A model generated the notes under the pieces. That model saw only the letters and a program-made list of their open reading frames with translations. It did not search any database and was not told where the DNA came from. DNA of 64,000 bases from IMG/VR virus record IMGVR_UViG_3300037843_000309; one strand, written 5' to 3'. Origin of the DNA: an uncultured virus (IMG/VR IMGVR_UViG_3300037843_000309). Its lineage: Duplodnaviria; Heunggongvirae; Uroviricota; Caudoviricetes. Of the stretch, positions 47,520-56,795 are shown piece after piece (position 1 is the stretch's first letter; the number at the start of each line of letters is the position of its first letter). The position numbers were made by a program, and so were the translations under genes.

Positions 47520-48400
47520 CTCAAGACGAAATCCTCAATCTCAAGCGCAAGGCGAACTGGGTGCGGCGCACGGTACTCGACATGGCGGTGCGCGCACAGT
47601 CGGGCCACGTCACCACAGCGTTCTCGCTGACCGAGATGTTTGTAGCGCTCTACCACGGCATCCTGCGTTTCGACCCGAAAGACGTCAAATGGCCGGGCCG
47701 CGACCGCTTCATCCTGTCCGAGGGGCAGGCGGGGATCGGCCTCTACCCGGTGCTGGCGGACGCGGGATTCTTTCCGGTGGATGAACTCAAGAACTTTGTG
47801 CAAGAAGGAAGCCACCTGGGGGTACATGCGGAACCGCAGATTCCCGGCATCCAGGTGCTTACCGGGTCGCTTGGCCATGGCCTCCCCATCGCGACCGGGA
47901 TGGCGGATGCGGGGAAGGTGGACGGAGCCGACTGGATGGTGTTATGTCTGGTGGGCGACGGCGAGTTGTGCGAGGGGTCGAATTGGGAGGCGCTCATCAC
48001 GGCATCGACGCTCCGCCTCAACAACCTCGTCGTCATCGTCAACCGTAATCACCAGTTCACGATTGGGTTCAACGACCGGCGGGAGACGCAGCGGGATGTG
48101 TACCTCGACCCGATTCCCGATAAGTTTCGGTCTTTCGGGTTCGACGTGTATCGAATCGACGGCCACAACTTCGAGGAAATCGACCAAGCGTTTGGCAACA
48201 TCCGTGAAGTTTCCGCCCACGCCGCAAGGCCCCTCTGCATCATCGCGGAAACCGAAAAAGGTCACGGCGCAGTCGGCATCGCAGGCCAGCGCATGTGGCA
48301 CTACCGGGTTCCGGCGGGGGACGATTTGAAGCGGATTATGGACGGGCTTGACGCCGAGGCGGTCGAACTGGGGTGTGCAGCACCTGCACTGGAGAGATGA
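47516..48400 (+). CDS. Transketolase-like TPP enzyme, N-terminal subunit
   Basis: SGH, RDRFILSEG, TGSLGHGL, TPP motif GDGELCEGSNWEA...N, IDGHN, TEKGHG. Confidence 0.9.
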   Translation: MTQDEILNLKRKANWVRRTVLDMAVRAQSGHVTTAFSLTEMFVALYHGILRFDPKDVKWPGRDRFILSEGQAGIGLYPVLADAGFFPVDELKNFVQEGSHLGVHAEPQIPGIQVLTGSLGHGLPIATGMADAGKVDGADWMVLCLVGDGELCEGSNWEALITASTLRLNNLVVIVNRNHQFTIGFNDRRETQRDVYLDPIPDKFRSFGFDVYRIDGHNFEEIDQAFGNIREVSAHAARPLCIIAETEKGHGAVGIAGQRMWHYRVPAGDDLKRIMDGLDAEAVELGCAAPALER

Positions 48401-48603
48401 TGAGCTTCAAAATCCAAGTTGTTAAGAAGAACGGAAAAGTTGATTTCGTCTTTCAGGGAGACAAGTTGGCGGTGTTCCGAACCCGTAAAAAGGCAGAGGA
48501 GCAAGCCGAATTCCTTCGCATGGGAGTAGGAGACGAGTACCAGAGCATCAGCGTCCTCCGCTGCCCACCCTATCAGGCCGACAGAGGTGGAAATGACAAC
48601 TGA
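48397..48603 (+). CDS. Small hypothetical protein between the transketolase halves
   Basis: ATGA overlap. GGAGA RBS follows a palindrome copy. Confidence 0.5.
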   Translation: MMSFKIQVVKKNGKVDFVFQGDKLAVFRTRKKAEEQAEFLRMGVGDEYQSISVLRCPPYQADRGGNDN

Positions 48604-49543
48604 GACCCAAGCAACCCCCTTCATCATGGGCATGCGCGACGCCTACTTCACCAAGCTCTACGAGATTTTCCAGTCCGACAAGAAGTGTGTGTTGCTGAGT
48701 GCAGACGACGGCGCTCCCACTATGGACCCAATTTCCGCGCTTCCCAACCAATTCCGCAACGTCGGCATCGCGGAAGAACAGATGATTGGGATGGCCTGCG
48801 GCCTCGCGCTCGAAGGGAGGAAGGTGTGGGTCTACGCCATCAACCCCTTCATCGTGTTTCGGGCTCTCGAATTCCTGAAACTCGATATGTGCGCCATGAA
48901 CCTACCCATCACCGCCATCGGCGTGGGGGCGGGCTTCGCCTACGACATCATGGGGCCGACACACCATTCGGTTGGTTCGATCCCGTGTTTAAGGTCGTGG
49001 CCGAACCTCACCATCTATAGTGTTGCGGACAGCGACACCGCCGCACTGATCCCCGAACTGAATTACGAGCGTGGGGGGCCGCAATACGTCCTGATGGACA
49101 GGGTTCCCCTGCCCGCCCTCTACCCGCCGCGGCGCCCAAGTTTCCGGCATGGGTTTGGGGTGGTGGGGGTGGGAACGGATGGGTACATAATCGCGCACGG
49201 CATCATGGTGCATCAGGCTATCAAGGTGGCGGCGGCGCTCGGGAAAAAGGGAATCTCGCTTGGCGTCATCGACCTGTTCCGCATCAAGCCGGTTGAGTCC
49301 AAACTCCTGATGGATATTCTCCACCATGGGCGTGTCGCCGTTACCCTCGAAGAGGAATACGTGAATGGCGGGGTTGGCAGCATCGTGGCGGAAATCTTTG
49401 CGGACGAGGGGTCGCGGCTTCGCCTGCTTCGCATCGGCCATCCCGACAGGTTCGTGTTCGACATGGGGGGGCGCGAAGCGATTTGGCGGCGAAACGGGCT
49501 TGACGTCGAATCCGTCGAAAAGAGGATTCTCGAATGGCTATAG
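48587..49543 (+). CDS. Transketolase-like TPP enzyme, C-terminal subunit
   Basis: MRDAY, LSAD, NVGIAEEQMIGMACGLA, GPTHH, TLEE...GGVGS. Confidence 0.9.
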   Translation: MEMTTETQATPFIMGMRDAYFTKLYEIFQSDKKCVLLSADDGAPTMDPISALPNQFRNVGIAEEQMIGMACGLALEGRKVWVYAINPFIVFRALEFLKLDMCAMNLPITAIGVGAGFAYDIMGPTHHSVGSIPCLRSWPNLTIYSVADSDTAALIPELNYERGGPQYVLMDRVPLPALYPPRRPSFRHGFGVVGVGTDGYIIAHGIMVHQAIKVAAALGKKGISLGVIDLFRIKPVESKLLMDILHHGRVAVTLEEEYVNGGVGSIVAEIFADEGSRLRLLRIGHPDRFVFDMGGREAIWRRNGLDVESVEKRILEWL

Positions 49544-49678
49544 TAAAGAAAAAGAAGAATAGTAGGTACGAAAGTATTATCAATGGAATGGTTGGGAGTA
49601 TTGTCGATCACGTCTTGCGCCTTCCCCATAAACAGCAAAGACTGATAATGCGAAGACTCAGAAAGTTCAAGGTTGGAA

Positions 49679-50281
49679 ATGATAAATGAGGCGGTCATCC
49701 TGTGCGGGGGACTGGGCACGCGGCTGCGAAGCGTCGTATCCGACCGTCCGAAGTGCATGGCGGAAGTGGCGGGGAAGCCATTTCTTGAGCACGTCGTTGG
49801 GCATCTTCGCGGGCAGGGGATTTCGAGGGTTCTGTTCTGTATCGGGTATATGGGGAGTGACATCTACAAGCACTTCGGCTGGATAGGGGAAGGGATGGAA
49901 TTCGATTACTCTATCGAAGAATCCCTCATGGGAACCGGGGGGGGGTTACGGCATGCTTTTCCCGACATCCAATCCAATACAGTCTTAGTTCTAAATGGCG
50001 ACACGTATTGCGAATTCAGCCTAGAAGTCCTCGAATACTGGCACTTGAAATGGAATGCTTTCACTACCCGCGTAATGTACGAAGGTCTGAGCGCCGGGGT
50101 TTATCTCATGCAGCGGAGAATCATCGAGATGATCCCGCAGGGACGACCTGTGTCTCTGGAAAAGGAATTCCTGCCATCGTTTTTCGTCCACCAAGTTCAC
50201 ACTGCGATGCCATTCCTCGACATCGGAACGCCAGAGCGCTACGCAGCGGCAGAAGAATTTCTAGTGCAGCACCTGCACTAA
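49679..50281 (+). CDS. hddC: Sugar-1-phosphate nucleotidyltransferase (HddC-like)
   Basis: AVILCGGLGTRLRSVVSDRPKCMA.V.GKPFL, GTGG, LNGDTY, SLEKE, FLDIGTPE.Y. Confidence 0.8.
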   Translation: MINEAVILCGGLGTRLRSVVSDRPKCMAEVAGKPFLEHVVGHLRGQGISRVLFCIGYMGSDIYKHFGWIGEGMEFDYSIEESLMGTGGGLRHAFPDIQSNTVLVLNGDTYCEFSLEVLEYWHLKWNAFTTRVMYEGLSAGVYLMQRRIIEMIPQGRPVSLEKEFLPSFFVHQVHTAMPFLDIGTPERYAAAEEFLVQHLH

Positions 50282-50288
50282 GGGAAGA

Positions 50289-51275
50289 TTGATGCGAGTT
50301 CTCATCACAGGCATCACGGGAATGGTCGGAAGCCACTTGGCCGACTACATCCTCGCGAATCACAAGGCGGTGGATGTTCATGGGTTGATTCGCTGGCGCA
50401 GCCCACTCGACAACATCCGTCACATTCAAGGACGCATCTCCCTCCACCAGGCCGAACTCCGCGACCTAAACTCGCTCATCGTCCTGCTTCGGAAGGTAAA
50501 GCCCGAATGGATTTTCCACCTCGCCTCGCAGTCCCAGGTGGATGCGAGTTTTCTCGCGCCCGCCGACACGATTCACACCAACGTCATCGGCACCGTCAAC
50601 CTGCTCGATGCGATCGGAATTGCAGGAATAGACCCAAAAGTCCACGTTTGCAGTTCGTCGGAAGTTTACGGGCAGGTGAGCGAGAACGAAATTCCGATTC
50701 GGGAGACAAACCCCTTCCGGCCGGCGAGTCCCTATGCGGTGTCAAAGGTGGGTGAGGACATGGCCGCGTACCAGTATTTTCTCTCCTACGGGATCCAGAC
50801 GGTCAGAACGCGGATGTTTACGCACACCGGCCCGCGCCGCGGCGACTTCTTTGCCGAAAGCGCTTTCGCCAAGCAGATTGCGCAAATCGAGGCAGGACTC
50901 GAGTCCAACCCTGTCATGGTCGGAAATCTTGACAGCGTGCGTACGTTCTGCGACGTGCGGGACGCGGTGAGGGCATACTGGATGCTCATGGAGAAGTGCC
51001 CGGCGGGAGAGGTTTACAATATCGGTGGGACCCGCACAATGACGGTGGGAGAGATGCTGGAGATTTTTAAGGGGATGGCAAGGGTCAAGATCACCCATAA
51101 GGTCAGCGCTGGCTTGCTTCGCGCATCTGACGTCACCCTGCAAATTCCTGATACATCGAAGTTTCAGTCGGTTACGGGATGGGAACCAGAAATCCCGCTT
51201 GAGACAACGCTTCGCGATCTGATGAACTATCACAGGGACAAGATTCGCGCCGAAGGAGTTTCTGGAAACGCATAG
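50289..51275 (+). CDS. GDP-sugar 4,6-dehydratase (Gmd/GDP-heptose dehydratase-like SDR)
   Basis: LITGITGMVGSHL, HLASQS, SSSEVYG, PASPYAVSK, FTHTGPRRG, GNLDSVRT. Confidence 0.9.
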   Translation: MMRVLITGITGMVGSHLADYILANHKAVDVHGLIRWRSPLDNIRHIQGRISLHQAELRDLNSLIVLLRKVKPEWIFHLASQSQVDASFLAPADTIHTNVIGTVNLLDAIGIAGIDPKVHVCSSSEVYGQVSENEIPIRETNPFRPASPYAVSKVGEDMAAYQYFLSYGIQTVRTRMFTHTGPRRGDFFAESAFAKQIAQIEAGLESNPVMVGNLDSVRTFCDVRDAVRAYWMLMEKCPAGEVYNIGGTRTMTVGEMLEIFKGMARVKITHKVSAGLLRASDVTLQIPDTSKFQSVTGWEPEIPLETTLRDLMNYHRDKIRAEGVSGNA

Positions 51276-51302
51276 TGCAGGTCCTGCACTGAGGGGGAAA
51301 CG

Positions 51303-51698
51303 ATGGGTGAAATTAAGTATCCTATCACAGTGAAGAAGATTGACCGGAAACAGTGACTTCAGACAAGTTACCGAACCCCTGGTACATGGGTTGCGGTACG
51401 CCCCTGCGATAACGACTGCAAAGGAAAGACGTTTCTCGGCGTCTACCTTGGCGACCTCCAACTTGACGTTTCAATCCTGTACTGGCCAAAAACGAAAGTC
51501 CTTGATGTTCTCCCCTTCCAGAACCCCGCTATCTACGTTCCAGACCTGAAGCGCGTTGTTTGGGGTTGCGGGTCATGGTGGGGAGAAATAAAAGACCCCG
51601 AGGGGCTAAAGCAAATCACCGATGCCGACATTCAGAACGTGTGGTACGTTAGGGCGATAAAAGAACTCTCAGAGAAAAAGGGAGCGGAAAAAAAGTGA
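51303..51698 (+). pseudogene. Conserved-looking phage gene interrupted by an in-frame TGA at codon 18
   Basis: RBS GAGGGGG and ATG at 51303, TGA at 51354-51356. The frame then continues WVAVRPC...KTFLGVYLGD...NPAIYVP.L...SWWGEI...ITDADIQNVWYV to a stop overlapping the next start. Confidence 0.65.
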
Positions 51699-52705
51699 TT
51701 ATTACTCGCACCCCATTTCGCATCTCGTTCGTTGGTGGAGGGACGGACTATCCGGCATGGTACCTCGAGCACGGCGGAGCGGTGCTCGGAACCACCATCA
51801 ACAAGTACTGCTACATCAACTGCCGGTACCTTCCCCCGTTCTTTGGGTACAGGTTCCACATCGTGTGGTCGAAGAACGAGGTTTGCAGCACGGTCGATCA
51901 AATTACCCACCCGGCGGTGCGCGAGGCGTTGCGCTTCATGGGAATTGAGCGCGGGGTCGAGATTCACCACGATGGCGACTTGCCGGCGAGGAGCGGGATC
52001 GGTTCGAGTTCCGCCTTCACCGTGGGGTTGCTGAATGCTCTCTACGGCCTAAAAGGCCAAATCGCTACGCCGCGGCAACTGGCGATGGACGGAATCCACA
52101 TCGAGCGCGATTTGCTCAAGGAGTCGGTCGGGTCGCAAGACCAGGTGTCGGTCGCCTACGGCGGACTCAACAAAATCGTGTTCGCTCCGAGCGGGGAAGT
52201 CAGCGTGCAGCCGATTACGCTTACGCACGCGCGCCGGGAAGAATTTGAGAGCCACCTGCTGCTGCTCTACACCGGGATCGACCGCACGGCGTCGGACGTC
52301 GCCAAAGGGTACGAGTTCAAGGATAGCGATATGCAGGAACTTCGCAAGCTGGTAGATGAGGCGGTTTACGTTCTTTGCGAAGGGGACCTTCTGGACTTCG
52401 GATGGTTGCTTAGTCGGGGGTGGGAGATAAAGCGGAGCATGAGTAAGGCAGTTTCCAACCCCCAGGTCGAAGAGATGTATTCCGAAGCCATTCGCGCCGG
52501 AGCCTTTGGCGGGAAGCTGATTGGCGCGGGCGGAGGCGGGTTCATGTTGCTGTTCGCGAAGCCTGCCGACCAGAAGCGGATTCTGTTTCGGCTCAACAAG
52601 CTGGTGCATGTGCCGTTCAAATTCGAGTACGCTGGAAGCCAAACCATTTTTTTCGAGCCGGAAGAGGACTTTTCCAGTGCAGGTGCTGCACTAGGAGATA
52701 AATGA
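51695..52705 (+). CDS. hddA: GHMP sugar kinase, heptose-7-phosphate kinase-like
   Basis: IITRTPFRISFVGGGTD, DLPARSGIGSSSAF, GSQDQ..AYGG, GGKLIGAGGGGF. Confidence 0.85.
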   Translation: MIITRTPFRISFVGGGTDYPAWYLEHGGAVLGTTINKYCYINCRYLPPFFGYRFHIVWSKNEVCSTVDQITHPAVREALRFMGIERGVEIHHDGDLPARSGIGSSSAFTVGLLNALYGLKGQIATPRQLAMDGIHIERDLLKESVGSQDQVSVAYGGLNKIVFAPSGEVSVQPITLTHARREEFESHLLLLYTGIDRTASDVAKGYEFKDSDMQELRKLVDEAVYVLCEGDLLDFGWLLSRGWEIKRSMSKAVSNPQVEEMYSEAIRAGAFGGKLIGAGGGGFMLLFAKPADQKRILFRLNKLVHVPFKFEYAGSQTIFFEPEEDFSSAGAALGDK

Positions 52706-53397
52706 AACCCTACTACGACCATGCCGGGATTACGATTTACCACGGGGATGCGCGCGAGATACTCTCGCAGCTCGAGGCGCAGCCTGACACCTGTATCGTT
52801 GACCCTGTGTGGCCTAACAGCGTATTCCCCTCCGTTCAAGACCCATGGAAGCTATTTTCCGAGATTTGTGCGCAGCTCGAGGTGCAGAGAATTGTGGTTC
52901 ATCTCGGATGTTGCAGCGACCCTAGATTCTTGGCGGGTGTCCCCTCACGCTTTGAATACCTGAGAACGTGCTGGCTCCGATACGCAAGGCCATCATATCG
53001 CGGAAGAATCCTTGTCGGCTCTGACGTGGCTTATGCCTTTGGTGCTCCGCCTCCGTCCAGAGAGGGAAGGCATGTTCTATCAGGGGAATTTTGCGCTCGG
53101 AACAATAGTACCAAATTACAGCACGTCGGAAAGGGTGAGGGACAATCCGACCCCGAAGAATACGCCTCTTTACCTCATCCGGCTCCAAGGAGATTAGAGC
53201 ATCTTCAATTCTTGGTTAAGGTATTCGCGGAATCAGGAGTAATTGACCCATGCGCCGGAACTGGAACGACCCTTGAAGCCGCAAAGGGTTTAGGATTGCC
53301 AGCCATCGGTATCGAAATCGAGGAACGCTACTGCGAGATTGCGGCAAAGCGCCTGAGTCAAGAGGTTCTGGACTTTGCGGGGACCACCCATGATTAA
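52702..53397 (+). CDS. DNA amino-methyltransferase (beta class), atypical motif IV
   Basis: MKPYY..GITIYHGDAREIL, IVDPVW in place of DPPY, IDPCAGTGTT...AIGIEIEERYCEIAAKRL. Confidence 0.8.
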   Translation: MKPYYDHAGITIYHGDAREILSQLEAQPDTCIVDPVWPNSVFPSVQDPWKLFSEICAQLEVQRIVVHLGCCSDPRFLAGVPSRFEYLRTCWLRYARPSYRGRILVGSDVAYAFGAPPPSREGRHVLSGEFCARNNSTKLQHVGKGEGQSDPEEYASLPHPAPRRLEHLQFLVKVFAESGVIDPCAGTGTTLEAAKGLGLPAIGIEIEERYCEIAAKRLSQEVLDFAGTTHD

Positions 53398-53890
53398 AAC
53401 CATCATCACCGACCTTGGCGGGGTACTGCTCATCAAGCCCGACATCCATGAGGACTTCCGGGGCCAGTACGTCGAGACGTACAATGCGAAAGTCTACGGG
53501 GATCAAGGTATCGACGTCGACTTCGTCCAGGACGACATTTCCACCTCGACTCGCGGGGTGCTGCGCGGCATCCACGGGGACTACCTGACGTGGAAGCTGA
53601 TTTCGTGCCTCGAAGGGCGGCTCTATCTGGTGGTGGCCGATTGCCGGAAGGAATCGTTCGGGCGGTGGGACTCGTTCGTGTTGACCGAGTCGAATCACCA
53701 TCAGGTGCTGGTGCCACCGGGATACGGCAACGCCCACCTCGCGCTCACCGAGCGCGTCATCTTCCACTATAAGCAGTCGACGTATTACGACCGCAGTCGG
53801 CAGTTCACGTATCGGTGGGACGACCCACGATTCAAGATTGCGTGGCCGATTTCAAACCCGATTCTTTCGGAGAGGGATGCAAAGGGATGA
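53390..53890 (+). CDS. RmlC-like NDP-4-keto-sugar 3,5-epimerase
   Basis: HEDFRGQYVETY, FVQDDIS.S.RGVLRGIH, VPPGYGNAH, YKQS.YY, WDDP...WP...LSERD. Confidence 0.9.
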   Translation: MIKTIITDLGGVLLIKPDIHEDFRGQYVETYNAKVYGDQGIDVDFVQDDISTSTRGVLRGIHGDYLTWKLISCLEGRLYLVVADCRKESFGRWDSFVLTESNHHQVLVPPGYGNAHLALTERVIFHYKQSTYYDRSRQFTYRWDDPRFKIAWPISNPILSERDAKG

Positions 53891-55404
53891 ATACGGATCT
53901 GGTCATCATCAACCCGCCGAACCGCCAAGCCATCTATCAGGTTCTCGCGGACAAGTTCGCCGCGATTGAGCCGCCGGTGTGGGCCGGGTTGCTCGCGACG
54001 TTCATTCGGCGGCGGGGATTCTCGGTCGAGGTCATCGACGCCGAAGCGGAGGACTTGTCGGCGCAGCAGGTTGCCGAAATCGTGGTGAGGTGGAAACCAA
54101 CCCTCACAGTTGTCGTGGCCTACGGCCACCAACCATCGGCTTCGACACAGACCATGCCGGGGGCGGGACAAGTCTGCAATGCGCTGAAAGCGATGAATCC
54201 CGACCTCAAGGTGATGCTTCTAGGCGGTCATGTGGCGGCTCTGCCGGAGCGGACGCTGCGGGAAGAGATGGTGGACTTCGTTTGCACGGGCGAGGGGCCG
54301 TATACGGTACTTGACCTCCTTCAAGCCCTCCAAGGTGGACATCGAAACTCGTTCATTGGGGTTCGCGACCTTTGCTACGGTGAAAACGTCGGAATCTGGA
54401 AAAGCAATTCCGCCCCGCTCGTCAAAGACCTCGACGCCGACATGCCCGGAGTCGCGTGGGATCTGCTCCCCATGGCGAAGTATCGCGCCTACAACTGGCT
54501 GTGCTATGGGTACGACACCCGCCAACCCTACGCGGCGCTCTATACCACCCTCGGGTGCCCCTACCGCTGCACGTTCTGCTGCATCCAGGCGCCGTTCAAG
54601 GGGGGAGAGGCGGCGATGGGGCTCCGCCCGGAATCGAACAGTTACCGATTCTGGAGCGCGAAATCGGTGCTCGACCAAATCGGGATCCTCGTCGAGTGCT
54701 ACGGGGTACACCACCTGAAGATTGCCGACGAGATGTTTGTGCTGAATCCCCGGCACGTCACGGCGATTTGCGATGGCATCATCGAGCGCGGGTACAAGCT
54801 GAACATCTGGGCGTATGCCAGGGTGGATACAATTAAGGGTCCCGGGATGCTGATAAAACTCAAGGAAGCTGGCTTCAACTGGCTCTGCTTCGGCATTGAA
54901 TCGGCCAGCGCGCGGGTTCGCGGTGATGTGGACAAGGACTTTAAGGAAGATGAGATGTACCAGACGCTCTCGATGGTTCGGGCCGCAGGCATCAATATCG
55001 CTGGCAACTTCATGTTCGGGTTGCCCGAAGACGATATGTCCACCATGCAGGAAACGCTCGGCTTGGCGCTCGATTTGAACTGCGAGTACACGAACTTTTA
55101 CTCCGCCATGGCCTACCCTGGTTCGGAACTCTACCGTACGGCGCTGGCGAACGGCTGGGCGCTGCCGAAGAGTTGGTCGGGGTACTCGCAGCACAGCGTT
55201 GACACTCTTCCCCTTCCGACCAAGTACCTGACGGCGGCGGAGGTGTTGCGCTTCCGCGACCACGCATGGAAAATCTGTTTCAGCAACCCCCGGCACCTCG
55301 ACATGCTCGCAGCGAAGTTCGGAGAGGCCACGGCGGAGCATGTTCGAGAGATGGCCAAAAACAAGCTGGTCAGAGAGATACTGGAGAACCCGTGCCGGCC
55401 CTGA
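53887..55404 (+). CDS. B12-binding radical SAM enzyme
   Basis: N-terminal cobalamin-binding region (EPPVW...LLGGH), GCPYRCTFC, FGIES, FMFGLP, YPGS.LY. Confidence 0.9.
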   Translation: MNTDLVIINPPNRQAIYQVLADKFAAIEPPVWAGLLATFIRRRGFSVEVIDAEAEDLSAQQVAEIVVRWKPTLTVVVAYGHQPSASTQTMPGAGQVCNALKAMNPDLKVMLLGGHVAALPERTLREEMVDFVCTGEGPYTVLDLLQALQGGHRNSFIGVRDLCYGENVGIWKSNSAPLVKDLDADMPGVAWDLLPMAKYRAYNWLCYGYDTRQPYAALYTTLGCPYRCTFCCIQAPFKGGEAAMGLRPESNSYRFWSAKSVLDQIGILVECYGVHHLKIADEMFVLNPRHVTAICDGIIERGYKLNIWAYARVDTIKGPGMLIKLKEAGFNWLCFGIESASARVRGDVDKDFKEDEMYQTLSMVRAAGINIAGNFMFGLPEDDMSTMQETLGLALDLNCEYTNFYSAMAYPGSELYRTALANGWALPKSWSGYSQHSVDTLPLPTKYLTAAEVLRFRDHAWKICFSNPRHLDMLAAKFGEATAEHVREMAKNKLVREILENPCRP

Positions 55405-56309
55405 CGCCATTTGAATTCGAGGTCGTATTTGGAGAAGCGCTTGCCAAGCTGGCGCGGAAGCTAATCGAAGAGTACGGGTTCGAGTATACTTTGATCGAAA
55501 AGGAAGAGAGTGATGCTTGGATTCATCAGGAATTCCGACATTTAGAGGACGACATTATCCCAACGGCTGGCGAACACAGACTGGCTAAGTGGGAGGACGG
55601 CTGGAAAGAGAATTTGGAGGCCTTCAAGGCAAACCCGGATCCCGCCTCGCTCATTCCCCAATATTTCTATAAGGATAGGGTCAATCGGTGGAGAGGGGAG
55701 TTGATTCGCCCGGCCAAAGTTCTTTTTGAGTACCACGCCCTGTGCGCTATCGAGGACTGGATTTTCGGGAAGTATCTGTGTGATGTGGATTCGATTTACG
55801 AGTTCGGGTGTGGGACGGGACACAACCTCCTGCGGGCAAATCGACAAAATCCCAAAGCGTGGCTGTGGGGACTCGACTGGACGGAAACCTCATGGAAGAT
55901 TATTGAGGAAATGGTCGTGGCAAGGTTTTTGGATGGGGCTTGCGGTGGAAAGTTCGATTTCTTCGCTCCCGATCCCCACCTCCGATTGTCGCCAAATAGC
56001 GGCGTCTACACCGTCGCGGCATTGGAGCAGGTGGGGACGCGCTTCGCCCCGTTCGTCGAGTGGCTCATCGCGCAGCGCCCCAAGGTTTGCGTCCACATCG
56101 AGCCCATCATTGAACTTTTGGACGAGCGGAACTTGCTCGATCGCCTGACGATGGCCTACATGAAGAAGCGGAACTACCTTTCGGGATTCCTCCCCTACCT
56201 GCAAGAGCAGGAGAAGAAGGAGAGGATCGTGATTCACAAGGCGCAGCGCACGCACATCGGGGGCCTGTTTACGGAGAGCAATTCGGTGGTGGTGTGGTCG
56301 CCGCGGTAG
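55392..56309 (+). CDS. Class I SAM-dependent methyltransferase
   Basis: IYEFGCGTGHNL, GLDW, FDFF.P, ALEQ, HIEP. Confidence 0.8.
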   Translation: MPALTPFEFEVVFGEALAKLARKLIEEYGFEYTLIEKEESDAWIHQEFRHLEDDIIPTAGEHRLAKWEDGWKENLEAFKANPDPASLIPQYFYKDRVNRWRGELIRPAKVLFEYHALCAIEDWIFGKYLCDVDSIYEFGCGTGHNLLRANRQNPKAWLWGLDWTETSWKIIEEMVVARFLDGACGGKFDFFAPDPHLRLSPNSGVYTVAALEQVGTRFAPFVEWLIAQRPKVCVHIEPIIELLDERNLLDRLTMAYMKKRNYLSGFLPYLQEQEKKERIVIHKAQRTHIGGLFTESNSVVVWSPR

Positions 56310-56336
56310 TGCAGGACATGCACTGAGGAAATAGGA

Positions 56337-56795
56337 ATGAAAGCAACAATCACAGACAAGCCGACTTGGTGGACATCGGACTACTGGGAAACACCCCCTG
56401 AATTCGTTGCCAATCTTGAGCGCGAGTTCGGGAAGTTCGACCTCGATCCCTGTTGCATCGCAGAAACGGCTAAGGCTCCAAAGTTTTATACTGAAAAAGA
56501 AAATGGGCTCTCGAAACCATGGAAGGGGAAGGTTTTCTTAAATCCCCCCTACAGCAAACCGGGCCCGTGGCTTTTCAAGTATCTTCGGGAGATAGAGTGT
56601 GGAAATTCCAGTCTCGTCGTGGCGCTAATACCTCCATCGGTTGATACCAAGTGGTTCCACGAATTTGTTAAGGAACGAGCAGAGATACGCTTCGTTCGCG
56701 GAAGAATCCGATTCCTTGGATGGATGCACACTCCCATCGGATCTCCAAAGCAGGGAAATATATTGGCAATTTACAGGAAGAACGGATTCAGATGA
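56337..56795 (+). CDS. Phage DNA N6-adenine methyltransferase (phage Dam family)
   Basis: WETPP, FDLDPC, GL...W.G.VFLNPPYS, DTKWFH, IRFVRGRI.F. Confidence 0.9.
   Translation: MKATITDKPTWWTSDYWETPPEFVANLEREFGKFDLDPCCIAETAKAPKFYTEKENGLSKPWKGKVFLNPPYSKPGPWLFKYLREIECGNSSLVVALIPPSVDTKWFHEFVKERAEIRFVRGRIRFLGWMHTPIGSPKQGNILAIYRKNGFR

Noticed and set aside
51354..51356. Genome-wide TGA recoding or selenocysteine
   Set aside because: Many other genes end at TGA with ATGA/GTGA overlaps, no suppressor or Sec tRNA was seen, and only one gene is affected.
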